Positions 27,439-38,033 of a stretch of 64,000 nt of DNA are shown here, in pieces. Source of the DNA: Candidatus Shapirobacteria bacterium (GTDB lineage Bacteria; Patescibacteriota; Microgenomatia; UBA12405); assembly GCA_041665485.1 (NCBI GenBank), contig JBAYIT010000001.1, positions 73,884-137,883 of the forward strand. Direction: 5' to 3'. Numbering within the stretch: the stretch's first letter is position 1; each line of letters begins with the position of its first letter. The translations under genes were made by a program, and so were the position numbers. The notes below the pieces were generated by a model that saw nothing but the letters and a program-made list of their open reading frames with translations, did no database searches and was not told the origin of the DNA.

Positions 27439-27733
27439 TGCTTGTGGAATGCCCCTTAATAAAAAGGAAGATTTTGCTAATGGTGATGAAAATTCTGATT
27501 TTTGTCTTTATTGTGTAAATGAGGATGGAAGTGTTAAACCCGTTGGAGAAATTTTTGAAGGCGGAGTTCAATTTTTTATGAGCCAATTTGGTGACGATAG
27601 AAATATGGCTGAAAAAATTACTCGAAAAAATATGAATCAACAACCATATTGGCAAGGAAAGGATTGTGGGTGTTTGAAAGGTGAAACGGCAACAGATGAA
27701 GAATTCGCAGAAATGATGAAAAAAGTGGCTTAA
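27425..27733 (+). CDS. zinc-ribbon domain protein
   Basis: 'CNACGMP...CLYC' and a C-terminal 'CGC' cysteine pattern. Confidence 0.45.
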   Translation: MKYCNACGMPLNKKEDFANGDENSDFCLYCVNEDGSVKPVGEIFEGGVQFFMSQFGDDRNMAEKITRKNMNQQPYWQGKDCGCLKGETATDEEFAEMMKKVA

Positions 27734-27829
27734 GAAAGAACAAAATAAGTTCTAACTGCGATAATGGTTCTATATCCAAGTATTTTGGGTTTTGAAAAAC
27801 ATAAGTTTGCCAACAAAGAGGGGGTATAA

Positions 27830-28360
27830 TTGGCTATGAAAAATGCTGTGATATTGCACGCGATGGATGACTCCCCTAACAACCATTGGTATCCGTGGTT
27901 AAAGACAGAATTAGAGAAAAAAGGATACGAAGTTTGGTTGCCACAATTACCGAATGATAAAGATCCACAATTAAACGTATGGGTGCCATTTATTTTGGAT
28001 GGGGGTAAGTTTACTGAAGAAACAGTGATTATTGGCCACTCGGCCGGAGCGGCGGTAATTTTTTCGGTCTTAGAAGAATTGAAAATTAAAATCAAACAAG
28101 CGATTCTGGTAGCTGGATTTTCATTTTACCCGGGTGGTGATGGAATTTTGAAACCAGCCTATGATTGGCGAAAAATAAAAAATAATGTTGGCGAGATTAT
28201 TTTTATTAACTCTGACAATGATCCGTATGGCCACAATGATGTTCGAGCCAGAATAATGCTGGAAATGCTGGATATGCCGGGAAGTGTTCAAATTACGGTA
28301 AAGGGACAAGGTCATTTTTGCGAAAATGAACTTCCATTATTGGCGAGACTGGTTGTATAG
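27830..28360 (+). CDS. alpha/beta hydrolase, RBBP9/YdeN-like serine hydrolase
   Basis: 'HWYPWL' and nucleophile elbow 'GHSAG'. About 176 aa. Confidence 0.6.
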   Translation: MAMKNAVILHAMDDSPNNHWYPWLKTELEKKGYEVWLPQLPNDKDPQLNVWVPFILDGGKFTEETVIIGHSAGAAVIFSVLEELKIKIKQAILVAGFSFYPGGDGILKPAYDWRKIKNNVGEIIFINSDNDPYGHNDVRARIMLEMLDMPGSVQITVKGQGHFCENELPLLARLVV

Positions 28361-28362
28361 AA

Positions 28363-29553
28363 GTGAAAAAAAATATAAAAATTGCCTATTTTTTGTCTTT
28401 TCTTAGTGAATTATACTTTCCAATATCGGTATGGTTGTTTTACTACCTTAGGTTTTTAGATTTTAAACAAATTGGTGTTTTGACGGCGGTAAAACTAATT
28501 TCATCAAATTTGTTTGAAGTGCCAACCGGGGTGTTTGCCGATGTGTTTGGGAGGAAAAAGGCAATAGTGATATCTTTTTTTCTATACGGATTGGTAATGC
28601 TTGGCTTTGCTAATGTGTCGGTATTTTGGATGTTTATAGTGCTTGATGTGCTAAAAGCGCTTAGTAACGCTTTCTTTTCGGGAAGTTTGGAGGCCTTAAT
28701 TTACGACTCATTAAAAAATGAAGGGAAAGAGAGTCAATACGACAAAGTGGTGGCAAACATGGAATCAATGGCGTGGGTGGGATTATTTATTTCAGCGATT
28801 GGTGGCGGATATTTATATTATTATTGGTTTAGGTCCCCATATATTGTTCAGGGTGGATTATATTTGGTAGCGGCGGTGATAGCCTTGAGGTTAGTGGAAC
28901 CAAAAATTGATTCGCAAAAATTTAAGTTATCGGAGGCAATTAAATTTAATCTTGTTGGTTTTAAGGAACTTTTTGCCAATTCGAAGGTTTCACAGCTATC
29001 AACGATCTTTATTACTTTGGGCGCCGGGTATTTTATTGCTTCGGAAATGCTAGGGATCTCGCAAGCCAAGGAATATGGAATGGATTCAAGAGGGGTTGGA
29101 TTTTTGTTTGGAACCGGTTATATTGTTTCGGCGATTGCCTCACAGTTTTACCCGAGATTAAAAAGGTGGTTAGGGGTAGAGAGATTACTATTGATTGCGG
29201 CTGGGATTTTATTAGGATCATTTTTGCTGGCCAAATGGGTTGGGGTGGTCGTTGGTTCATTATTAATAATTGGGAGAATTTCAAGTTCAACGACCTTTAG
29301 AAATACAAGATCAAGCGTGATAAACGGACTAGTTAATTCAAAAAGTCGAGCAACAACAATTTCAACATTAGTTTTGTTGTCACAATTACCCATGGCTCTG
29401 ATGGCCTATTTTATGGGTGATTATATTGATAAAAATTCTCCTAATTCTTTGGCTTGGGTATTGGGATTAGTAATGATCGGCCTTTTGGTCGGTCAATTAA
29501 TAGTTTTTAGGAGAAAAGGGGGTTTGCAATATCCACCTTGCATTATTGGGTAA
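28363..29553 (+). CDS. MFS-type transporter (paralog 2 of 4)
   Basis: 'GVFADVFGRKKAIV' and a C-terminal 'SKSRATTISTL' motif shared with the paralogs. Confidence 0.6.
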   Translation: MKKNIKIAYFLSFLSELYFPISVWLFYYLRFLDFKQIGVLTAVKLISSNLFEVPTGVFADVFGRKKAIVISFFLYGLVMLGFANVSVFWMFIVLDVLKALSNAFFSGSLEALIYDSLKNEGKESQYDKVVANMESMAWVGLFISAIGGGYLYYYWFRSPYIVQGGLYLVAAVIALRLVEPKIDSQKFKLSEAIKFNLVGFKELFANSKVSQLSTIFITLGAGYFIASEMLGISQAKEYGMDSRGVGFLFGTGYIVSAIASQFYPRLKRWLGVERLLLIAAGILLGSFLLAKWVGVVVGSLLIIGRISSSTTFRNTRSSVINGLVNSKSRATTISTLVLLSQLPMALMAYFMGDYIDKNSPNSLAWVLGLVMIGLLVGQLIVFRRKGGLQYPPCIIG

Positions 29554-29572
29554 TGTGTTTTTAGATTAGAGT

Positions 29573-30970
29573 GTGTTTCATGAAAAATGCGCAGTGTTTG
29601 GAATCTATGGAACTGATCCGTCAATTGAGGCGGCCAGGTTGGTCCACACTGGTTTGTGGGCACTGCAACACCGAGGCCAAGAAAGTTCGGGAATTGTTAG
29701 TTCAGATGGAAGTAGTTTGTCGGTCCATAAAGGGATGGGATTAGTGGCTCATGTTTATGATGAAAAATGTTTTGACTCACTGGCCGGGGAGTTGGCAATT
29801 GGCCATAATCGTTATGCAACCTCCGGACCGTCGGAAATAAGCCATGTTCAACCGGTGATTTCCCAAGATCGCAATTTGGCAATGGCCCACAATGGAAACT
29901 TGCCAACCACAACTCGATTAAGCAGATTTTTAATCAGCAAAGGAATTAGCCCCCGCTTTAATAATGATTCGGAATTGATGTACAAAGCAGTGGCGTATTA
30001 TTTTGTAAAGGGGCTGGGATTACCAGAGGCGGTGGCCAAGGCTTTTCCACTGTTTACGGGAGTATTCTCGACACTTTTTATGTCAGTAGACACGATGGTA
30101 GCGGTGCGAGACAGGAGAGGAATCAGGCCATTATCACTTGGGAAGATAGATGGAATCGGGCATGTAATTTCATCAGAAACATGTGCGATTAATACGGTTG
30201 GCGGGGAATATGTGCGGGATATTAAACCAGCAGAAATGGTGGTTATAAACAAATCGGGGATTTCCTCCCAACTGCTGACAAAAGGGAAAGAGATGTTGGA
30301 TGCATTTGAATTTGTCTACTTTTCCCGGCCAGATAGTTACCTGGCGGGAAAAAGCGTAAATGAAGTGCGGAAGGAATCGGGCCGGCAGTTGGCAAAAGAG
30401 AATCCAAACATAAAGGCTGACCTGGTGATTCCTGTCCCTGATTCCGGCATTCCGGCGGCGATTGGTTTTTCCCAGGCCTCGGGCATTCCTTTTGACATGG
30501 GATTGATAAAAAATCGCTATATTCACCGAACATTCATTCGACCAGCCCAAAGTTTAAGAAAAAATGACGTCAGGTTAAAATTAAATCCATTGCCTTCGGT
30601 GCTAAAGGATAAACGAGTGATACTGATTGACGATTCAATAGTTCGAGGAACTACCAGTGAAGAAATAGTTAGCCTGTTAAGGCAGGCGGGGGCCAAAGAA
30701 GTCCATTTTCTGATCAGTTCACCGCCAGTTAAATACCCTGATTTTTACGGCATTAATACCCCGAATCAAAACGAATTAATCGCGGCAACGAAAACAATTC
30801 CGGAAATTAAAAAATTTATTAAGGCTGATAGCCTGGCGTATTTGTCTTTGAAAGGCCTAGTAAAAGCAATTGGCCTACCACAAAGGGATATTTGCACATC
30901 TTGCTTTACCGGTAAATACCCAGTTAGTATCGGCTTAAATAAAAAGACGATCAAGTTCTTGGGTACTTAA
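29573..30970 (+). CDS. purF: amidophosphoribosyltransferase (glutamine PRPP amidotransferase)
   Basis: Ntn-type 'CAVFGIYG' N-terminus, 'GHNRYATSG' and a PRTase motif 'VILIDDSIVRGTT'. Confidence 0.85.
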   Translation: MFHEKCAVFGIYGTDPSIEAARLVHTGLWALQHRGQESSGIVSSDGSSLSVHKGMGLVAHVYDEKCFDSLAGELAIGHNRYATSGPSEISHVQPVISQDRNLAMAHNGNLPTTTRLSRFLISKGISPRFNNDSELMYKAVAYYFVKGLGLPEAVAKAFPLFTGVFSTLFMSVDTMVAVRDRRGIRPLSLGKIDGIGHVISSETCAINTVGGEYVRDIKPAEMVVINKSGISSQLLTKGKEMLDAFEFVYFSRPDSYLAGKSVNEVRKESGRQLAKENPNIKADLVIPVPDSGIPAAIGFSQASGIPFDMGLIKNRYIHRTFIRPAQSLRKNDVRLKLNPLPSVLKDKRVILIDDSIVRGTTSEEIVSLLRQAGAKEVHFLISSPPVKYPDFYGINTPNQNELIAATKTIPEIKKFIKADSLAYLSLKGLVKAIGLPQRDICTSCFTGKYPVSIGLNKKTIKFLGT

Positions 30971-31678
30971 ACCGTGGCAGTCGATAGTTTTTTGTAAAAA
31001 TGTGACTTTATCTCCAAACCTATCTCCAAAGGCTTTAGTTACTCTTTCTGAATTGACCAAGCCATCGTTGGGGGCAGTGATAATGGTAAACGAAATACCC
31101 TTTTTGATGAAAAGGTAGTAAGCGTCAAGAGATTGAGAAGTAGTGGGGTAGTTAACCAGCCCACCCAAACGATTGATGCTTGGAGAAATGACGTCGAGGC
31201 TAATGGCCGGGCAAACGAGGGTTACTGTTTTAACCCGATTAAGCCATTCCAGTTGGCAACCGGAAGCAGCAAGGGACAAAGAAGCAGCACCGACTGAATG
31301 AGCGATGATATTAATGTCCCCTTTTGTATAAGACAATGGTTTTCCTAAATTCCAGGAATAAGGGAGGGTTGGTCCAAGATATGAATGAATAAAAGCCGTG
31401 TTGGGATGATTTTGATGAAATCGAACAATTGTTTTTTCGAGACGGGAGCCAATGCTTTGTGATAATTCCAATAGTTTTTCCGGCCAACCAGTAGCAAGAA
31501 CAGAATTACTTGTTGCCTTTCCAATATTGTCGGTGCCAGCCCAGTGATTTTCACGATCATGAATCATGTTAATATCGCCGACAGTTAATATTTCAGTGTA
31601 GTGAGGTGGTTGAGCAAGGACGGCGCCGGCGGTGGCAAGTGCAGTAGCTCTCAAAAAACCTCTACGGTCAATACTCAT
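30935..31678 (-). CDS. Tat-signal secreted alpha/beta hydrolase (esterase/lipase-like)
   Basis: Twin-arginine signal 'SIDRRGFLRATALATAGAVLA' and GxSxG 'AHSVGA'. The start was chosen at the second Met. Confidence 0.55.
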   Translation of the reverse strand: MSIDRRGFLRATALATAGAVLAQPPHYTEILTVGDINMIHDRENHWAGTDNIGKATSNSVLATGWPEKLLELSQSIGSRLEKTIVRFHQNHPNTAFIHSYLGPTLPYSWNLGKPLSYTKGDINIIAHSVGAASLSLAASGCQLEWLNRVKTVTLVCPAISLDVISPSINRLGGLVNYPTTSQSLDAYYLFIKKGISFTIITAPNDGLVNSERVTKAFGDRFGDKVTFLQKTIDCHGLSTQELDRLFI

Positions 31679-31796
31679 ATACTGATAATACCTCACCAGT
31701 TTTGGCTTTGGTAAAGAAAAATTTTCTTAATTAAAATGCTAGACTAATTTAAGATGGGCGAAGCTTTATCTATTAGAGGTTGTATCCTTTTATAAA

Positions 31797-33227
31797 ATGT
31801 GGCTAGAGAAGAAAAGTTTGAAGGATAAAGTATTTCTTTTGGCAATATTGGGGCTGTGTTATTTGACATTTTTTCATCATTTAGATGAGTTTACGATCAG
31901 GCTGTGGGATGAGGGGCGAAATGCAGTCAGTGCTCTAGAAATGATTAAAAATGGAAATCCGATAGTTACCTACTTTAACGGCATTCCCGATACCTGGAAC
32001 ACTAAACCGCCATTGCAAATATGGATAGTGGCGATAATGTATAAAATTTTTGGGGTTAATGAATTGGCACTAAGGTTGCCTTCGGCAATAGCGGCATCTC
32101 TGGTGGTGATATTAATATTTGGATTCGGACTGAAAATATTAAAAAATAGATGGATAGGTTTGTTGGGAGCACTGATTATTTTATCGAGTATGGGTTTCCC
32201 AGATATTCATATTGGCCGAACGGGTGATTATGATGCTTTATTGGTGTTGTTTATATCTCTGGGTAGTTTGTCTTTTTTTGGCTATTTGGAAAACAAGGCA
32301 AATAAATGGATGTACTTTAGTGGCTTGTTTTTTGTATTGGCGGTTTTGACGAAAGGAGTGGCGGGGTTATTAATATGCCCGGGAATAGTATTGTATGTAT
32401 TGTTTTCGGGCAATTTGATTTGGTTGGCAAAGAAGAAAGGCTTTTGGGAAACGGTATTATTAGCTTTATTAGTTATTGGTAGTTACTATTTGGGGCGGGA
32501 GGCATTAAATCAGGGATATTTGGCGGAGGTGTGGCGGGAGGAGGTTTGGAACAGGTCACAAAATAATCTGGGGGCGAATAGTAGTGATTTTTGGTATTAC
32601 TGGAAACTGTTGGCGAGTTTCAGATTTCAGAAATGGATATATTTCGTGCCCTTGTCAATTGTTGCCGTGCTTCTGACTAAAAATAAGGTAATTAAAAGAT
32701 TTGTTGTGTTTGCGTTTTTAATTACTGTTTCTTATTTTTTAATAATTTCGAAGACCGAGACTAAACAGATGTGGTATGACGCTCAACTATATCCATTTAT
32801 GTCGCTATTGGTGGCAATTTTTATTATTGAGATGATTAATAGAGTTCCGCTTTTACTAAGACTCGCACCAATTTTAATAGTTTGTTTTTACATGCAAAGG
32901 TATATTCGGACGAATATTGCCTACATAAATCGGCCGGATTTGGAAAAGTCGGAGGCGTGCTTGAAATATGGTTATTTGTTTCGGGATAAATCAATTAATA
33001 AGAGTGGATTTGTTGGCGTTCATAAGGCCAGCTGGTGTAATCCAATATATTTTTATTTGGAAAGAGAAGGGCTCAAAAGAAAGGAAATCTCACAATTAAC
33101 TGTTGGCGACAAAGCCTTAACTTGCGACAGTATTACTTTTAATGAAATTAAGGAGAGGTACGAAATTGGAATGATTTTTGATAATCGGGATGGATGTTTG
33201 GGGTTTGAGATTAGGGGGATAAAATAA
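31797..33227 (+). CDS. GT39/GT83-like (ArnT/PMT-family) membrane glycosyltransferase
   Basis: N-terminal 'RLWDEGRNA' loop and more than 10 TM segments, typical of undecaprenyl- or dolichyl-phosphate-sugar transferases. Confidence 0.55.
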   Translation: MWLEKKSLKDKVFLLAILGLCYLTFFHHLDEFTIRLWDEGRNAVSALEMIKNGNPIVTYFNGIPDTWNTKPPLQIWIVAIMYKIFGVNELALRLPSAIAASLVVILIFGFGLKILKNRWIGLLGALIILSSMGFPDIHIGRTGDYDALLVLFISLGSLSFFGYLENKANKWMYFSGLFFVLAVLTKGVAGLLICPGIVLYVLFSGNLIWLAKKKGFWETVLLALLVIGSYYLGREALNQGYLAEVWREEVWNRSQNNLGANSSDFWYYWKLLASFRFQKWIYFVPLSIVAVLLTKNKVIKRFVVFAFLITVSYFLIISKTETKQMWYDAQLYPFMSLLVAIFIIEMINRVPLLLRLAPILIVCFYMQRYIRTNIAYINRPDLEKSEACLKYGYLFRDKSINKSGFVGVHKASWCNPIYFYLEREGLKRKEISQLTVGDKALTCDSITFNEIKERYEIGMIFDNRDGCLGFEIRGIK

Positions 33228-33262
33228 TGGTTTTGGACCTCCTTTCTTTATTAAGTTAGGTG

Positions 33263-34948
33263 TTAAGTTTCTTCTAATAGCAAAGTTGTGTCGGCGTCTA
33301 AGCCGTTTTTCTTATAGACAATTACTCCCATGCTTTTGGCAACTTCGACAATAACTTCTGGCTCGTTGGCCCCTTGAGAAATTTGTTTTAAAACCTGTTT
33401 GGCTAATCTAAACCTGGCTGAAATTGTAGGCGGTTTGATTTCGTTTGGACCAGGTTTCACTAAAGCATAGATGCCGTCGGTGGAGCGAACAACGGATAAA
33501 AATATAAACGGGTCTGATAAAAAGTTAAAGAGATCGGCAAGACCGTGCCCGCAAAAATCGGCCACTTGATGGGTGTGGATTAGCCCGACCCGTTCTTTTA
33601 TCGGCTGGGAATAAACCCGAGGCAGAGAGCAAAAGGCGGATCCGGCCCTAGCACCAACGACATAGGCTGTTGGAATATTGGTTTTACCTGGAAAGATCAT
33701 AATATTGGCCGCCCACTCCTGACCAGAGTCTTGAGCGACTTGATTGAGATGGTCTGCGTGGGGTTGAATTTCACTTAGATCCAAAAACCGACCACCAGTG
33801 GCAGTGTTAACGACACAATGAGGGGCTGACCATTCATCAAATATTTGCCGAGAGGTTGCCAGATTTTCTGGGTCGGGTTCGCTTTGGATTCTTTGAAAGG
33901 ACCTAATTAAATCGCGAACAAAGGCGAGACTGTTTTGGCCTTGATGCAGAAGTTTCCTTAAGCGAGTGGGTAGATTAATTTTTGCTTGTTGTTCTTCAAG
34001 ACCAATTAATTCATCCTTGCTTAGTTTAATGTCACCAAAGAGCTCTTCATATTGGGCCATTTCTGCAACCTTGGTGGGGTCTAAGGGTTGATAATTAAAT
34101 TTATCTAACTCATTCTTTAAATAAGCGGTAACAACTGTTTTTTCGGCAACCTCAAAAGCCATTCCCTGAGAGTGGAGCCACAGAACCGTCCAGGCGTTTT
34201 CAGGATTGTTGGTGAAATAGCCAACAGCAAAGGCTCTGTTGGCGCGAGCAGAACCAACATTGGCCATGGTTTGATATGGATTAGGGTCGCCCAGAAACTC
34301 GCCAATATTTAATTCTCCGCGTTGAGCAAACATGGCATTAAAGTCCGATTCGTGCTGAAGGTAGGTTGCAAACCGCCTCAAAAGTGGATCGTTTGTCTCT
34401 TCTGGGCCTAAAATCCAGGGGGCAATTAGATAATCTGCGGCTCTGCCAGAGAGAACGGCCTCAAGATATGCTTCTGGGGTGACAGCGGCGGTTAGGATTC
34501 GGTCGCCATTGTCATGATCTACAAATGGGCGAGATCCAGATTCAATTTCAAGTAAACGGTTAACAGTGTATGTTAAGGCGTTGTTTAGTGGCAAAATTCC
34601 GGTTTCTTGAAGGTAATGAGTGTCTTCGTGGGCCAAAACTGGTTCATCAAAACCACCACGAGGAATATCAATATCGTTCGGGAAAAGACCTAAGGAGTCT
34701 TTAACGATACTTCCAGCACTGGCGTCGCGACCGTCTTCCCAAGAAAGCCGATAGATGGTGTGTCGAGCGATTTGCTGAACTAGGTGGGCTCTTTGGGTTA
34801 GGGGACGATCTCGTAATAGCCGGTCAGTCAAACGAGCGCCAACAGCCGTGACAGTGTCCCTATCGGCTGGTTCAAGTTCGGTGACGAAAGCTCTTCTTAA
34901 AGCATCTCTGGTTCCCGGTTTGGTGTTTTGATCAACGGTGTGTGGCAT
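33263..34948 (-). CDS. large hypothetical protein with HExxH (zincin-like, DUF4157-like) motif, GC-rich
   Basis: 'PVLAHEDTHYLQETG' resembles the DUF4157 'LAHELTHVVQ' zincin motif. The nucleotide composition is visibly GC-richer than the neighbours. Confidence 0.45.
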   Translation of the reverse strand: MPHTVDQNTKPGTRDALRRAFVTELEPADRDTVTAVGARLTDRLLRDRPLTQRAHLVQQIARHTIYRLSWEDGRDASAGSIVKDSLGLFPNDIDIPRGGFDEPVLAHEDTHYLQETGILPLNNALTYTVNRLLEIESGSRPFVDHDNGDRILTAAVTPEAYLEAVLSGRAADYLIAPWILGPEETNDPLLRRFATYLQHESDFNAMFAQRGELNIGEFLGDPNPYQTMANVGSARANRAFAVGYFTNNPENAWTVLWLHSQGMAFEVAEKTVVTAYLKNELDKFNYQPLDPTKVAEMAQYEELFGDIKLSKDELIGLEEQQAKINLPTRLRKLLHQGQNSLAFVRDLIRSFQRIQSEPDPENLATSRQIFDEWSAPHCVVNTATGGRFLDLSEIQPHADHLNQVAQDSGQEWAANIMIFPGKTNIPTAYVVGARAGSAFCSLPRVYSQPIKERVGLIHTHQVADFCGHGLADLFNFLSDPFIFLSVVRSTDGIYALVKPGPNEIKPPTISARFRLAKQVLKQISQGANEPEVIVEVAKSMGVIVYKKNGLDADTTLLLEET

Positions 34949-35010
34949 ATTTTAGTGCCTGGCGCTTAGGATTAGTCTCGGTAAGTTTAACAGTTTGTTA
35001 GAATAGATTT

Positions 35011-35409
35011 ATGAATGAAACATATAATTGGTATCAGCAGTTAATTAAACCAAGTTGGGCACCGCCAAGCTGGCTGTTTGGGCCGGTGTGGTCGGTGCTT
35101 TATTTAATTATTGCCATTTCTTTTGGCTATGTTTTTTATTTGGCAATTAAGGGAAGAATTTCGTGGGTAATGGCCTTACCTTTTATTTTGAATCTGGTTT
35201 TTAATTTGATTTTTACCCCAATTCAATTTGGGTTGAGAAATAATTTATTAGCGGCAGTTGATATCTTGGCGGTGTTAGTGACAATGATTTGGAGTTTTGT
35301 AGCGATTTTGCCGGTGGCGAGGTGGGTAGTAATAGCCAACGTCCCCTATCTTATTTGGGTGTCGTTTGCGACAGTGTTGCAATTTACGATTACATATTTA
35401 AACAAATAA
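35011..35409 (+). CDS. TspO/MBR family protein
   Basis: 'WYQQLIKPSWAPPSWLFGPVWSVLY' signature and five TM segments. Confidence 0.75.
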   Translation: MNETYNWYQQLIKPSWAPPSWLFGPVWSVLYLIIAISFGYVFYLAIKGRISWVMALPFILNLVFNLIFTPIQFGLRNNLLAAVDILAVLVTMIWSFVAILPVARWVVIANVPYLIWVSFATVLQFTITYLNK

Positions 35410-35410
35410 A

Positions 35411-35809
35411 ATGTTTTTAAAGGCTTATCTTGTTTCCCTGGTTACTTTTTTAATGATTGACGGAGTGTGGCTGACAGTGGTGGCGAAAGATTTTTATGCC
35501 AAACATTTGGGATTTTTGATGACCAAAACGCCAAATTTGGCGGTGGCGGGGATATTTTACTTAATTTATATTTTGGGAATGGCGGTATTGGTGTTAATGC
35601 CGGCGATAGAAAAAGGGTCTTTGGCTAGAGCAATTTTAACTGGGGCACTGTTTGGGCTTTGCGGATACGCCACCTATGACTTAACTAACTTGGCGACCAT
35701 AAAAGATTGGCCAATTTTAGTGACGATAGTTGATTTGATCTGGGGGACAGTCTTGTCGGCAACAGTGGCAGGGGTGAGTTATCTGGTACTGACACGATGG
35801 TTGAAATAA
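35411..35809 (+). CDS. DUF2177-like membrane protein
   Basis: Four TM segments. No catalytic motif. Confidence 0.4.
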   Translation: MFLKAYLVSLVTFLMIDGVWLTVVAKDFYAKHLGFLMTKTPNLAVAGIFYLIYILGMAVLVLMPAIEKGSLARAILTGALFGLCGYATYDLTNLATIKDWPILVTIVDLIWGTVLSATVAGVSYLVLTRWLK

Positions 35810-36527
35810 ATAGCTTTGTTGTTGGCGGGTTTTTGATTTGGATTTACATGACAGGGTGGTTTGTAATTTCGAAAGTGGCCAAAAGAAATGATGTGGCTGA
35901 TATTGCTTGGGGATTGGGGTTTATTTTGGTAACGCTGGCTAACTTGACTATTTATCCGAACAGCAAATTGCTGGTATCACTCTTGTTAATTTCTACTTGG
36001 GGAATAAGGTTGGCTTACCATATTTACAATCGTAACAAAAAGAAAAAGGAGGACTATAGATATGAACAGTGGAAAAGTGGGACATATTTTAAGGTGTTTA
36101 TAACACAGGGGGTTTTATGTGGCTTATTTGTTGGCCAATTTTTTGGTCGGTTGGGGAAATAGAACAATTAAATTTAGTGGGGGTTTTAGTTTGGCTGGTT
36201 GGTTTTTACTTTGAGGCAGTGGGGGATTGGCAACTGAAAAAGTTTATTAAAAATCCGGAAAACAAGGGAAAGATTATGCAGTCTGGTTTATGGGCCTATA
36301 GCCGGCACCCTAATTATTTTGGCGAGGTAACAATGTGGTGGGGAATATGGCTACTTAATTTTAGCCAAAATTGGTGGACTGTGGTTGGGCCAATGACGAT
36401 AACTTTTTTGATTTTAAAGGTGTCGGGAGTTCCTCTATTGGAAAAAAAATATGAGGGAAATAAGGAATTTGAAGACTACAAAAAGAGAACTAGTATTTTC
36501 TTACCATTGCCACAAAGAAAAAAATGA
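35797..36527 (+). pseudogene. DUF1295 / steroid-5-alpha-reductase-like membrane methyltransferase-fold protein, split by a frameshift near 36117-36162
   Basis: Two overlapping ORFs in different frames jointly span a roughly 250-aa DUF1295-type protein. The 'GLWAYSRHPNYFGE' signature is in the second ORF. Confidence 0.5.
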
Positions 36528-37027
36528 TGAGACGAGTAAAAGTAATCGATTTGATGCAAAAGGGTTATGGCTACTACCTGACAGAATTGCAGGGTAAAAA
36601 TTTTGATCCGGTTTTTAAACCGGATCTAACACCAAAAGAAATGCTTGAAATGGGAGTGTTTGGAGGGAAATACATGACTGATTGCCGAAAAGAGTTTCCA
36701 AAGGACTGGTTTGAGAAGGCCAAACTGTGCCACGAGTTTCATGATCCAAGTATAAATTTTTTTGGAGTTAATGCTAGTCAGCCGTTATTTGTTTGGCGCA
36801 AAAATGGCTGGATTCATCCTGACGACCCACGAGGTTGGTTTCAATGGTATTGCCGATATTTTATGGGGCGAAGACATGAGGATGATCAAAGACAGATTCG
36901 CCGGTGGAGAGCAATGAAACGCCACATTACTCAAATCAGACTTAACTGCCAAGCGGGTGATTTAAACTGCCGAAAGAGGCAAAGACAGGCGGTGTTGCAC
37001 TGGGGGTATGATAGTAGGAGGATTTAA
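36524..37027 (+). CDS. hypothetical protein
   Basis: ORF with Trp and Arg-rich C-terminus. No motif recognised. Confidence 0.35.
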   Translation: MMRRVKVIDLMQKGYGYYLTELQGKNFDPVFKPDLTPKEMLEMGVFGGKYMTDCRKEFPKDWFEKAKLCHEFHDPSINFFGVNASQPLFVWRKNGWIHPDDPRGWFQWYCRYFMGRRHEDDQRQIRRWRAMKRHITQIRLNCQAGDLNCRKRQRQAVLHWGYDSRRI

Positions 37028-38028
37028 GAGATTGGCAGTGTGACGGTGACGGTGGTGCCGTGATGAAGACGGCTGTAAACAACAATGGAACCATGGTGAG
37101 AGTCAACAATGTTTTTGGCGATAGAAAGCCCGAGTCCGTAACCAGGGGTGTCAGTGTGAGAACGGGCGGAATCGGCGCGATAAAAACGATCAAAGATGTG
37201 GGGTAGGTCTTTTTTACTAATACCGATACCGTGATCCTTAAAGAGGATTGACACGGATTTTGGGGACGGATTAACACGGATATTAATAGTCTTACCCGAG
37301 TGGCTGTACTTAATGGCATTATCGAGAAGGATAGTGAAGAGGTCGGTTAATTTATCGGTATCACCAGTGATTTTAACCGAAGAAATTTTGGTGACGATTT
37401 TTATTTTTTTGGCTTCGGCTTGAGGTTTAAGGCGAATGATAGAGCGGGAGATCATAGTTTTGAGAGGAAGCGAATTTTTAGGAATGTTTTTGGGATTTTG
37501 ATAGCGAGAAAGGTCGAGAAGATAATTAGAAAGCTGTTGAAGTTGGTCAACTTGGGATAAGCTACCAGCAATTAGACTTTTGGCTTCGGAAAGGGTTAGT
37601 TTGGGATCGCGAAGACTAACTTCAAGGGAAGTTTTAAGAGAGGTTAGAGGGGTGCGGAGTTCGTGGGAGGCATCAGAAACAAAACGATTTTGATCATCAA
37701 GCATGGTTTGAATAGGTTTGAGGGTGCGGCCGGCAAGAAAATAACCAAAACCGCCGGAAATTAGCAGGATACCGCCATTAATACTGATTAAGATCACCAG
37801 GAGACGATGGCGGATATCTTCAACTAATTCAATGTCGAGAGTGGAGAGTGGGGGTGGAGGTTCTTGTCGCCAATTAAATGGACGCTCAAGTCTAATGCGT
37901 TGAATACGGGTGACCCGCTCAAGTTCGACTGACAGAAGCCTGTAGATGAAAGTGCTAAAAAATAAACAAACCAACATAATGATAAACAAGTACCAAGCGG
38001 TAAGTTTGAGACGGGCGATTTCAAACAT
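37024..38028 (-). CDS. sensor histidine kinase
   Basis: H-box 'SHELRTPLTSL' and G2 box 'GYGLGLSIAKNIV'. Two N-terminal TM segments. Confidence 0.8.
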   Translation of the reverse strand: MFEIARLKLTAWYLFIIMLVCLFFSTFIYRLLSVELERVTRIQRIRLERPFNWRQEPPPPLSTLDIELVEDIRHRLLVILISINGGILLISGGFGYFLAGRTLKPIQTMLDDQNRFVSDASHELRTPLTSLKTSLEVSLRDPKLTLSEAKSLIAGSLSQVDQLQQLSNYLLDLSRYQNPKNIPKNSLPLKTMISRSIIRLKPQAEAKKIKIVTKISSVKITGDTDKLTDLFTILLDNAIKYSHSGKTINIRVNPSPKSVSILFKDHGIGISKKDLPHIFDRFYRADSARSHTDTPGYGLGLSIAKNIVDSHHGSIVVYSRLHHGTTVTVTLPIS

Positions 38029-38033
38029 GGTGA

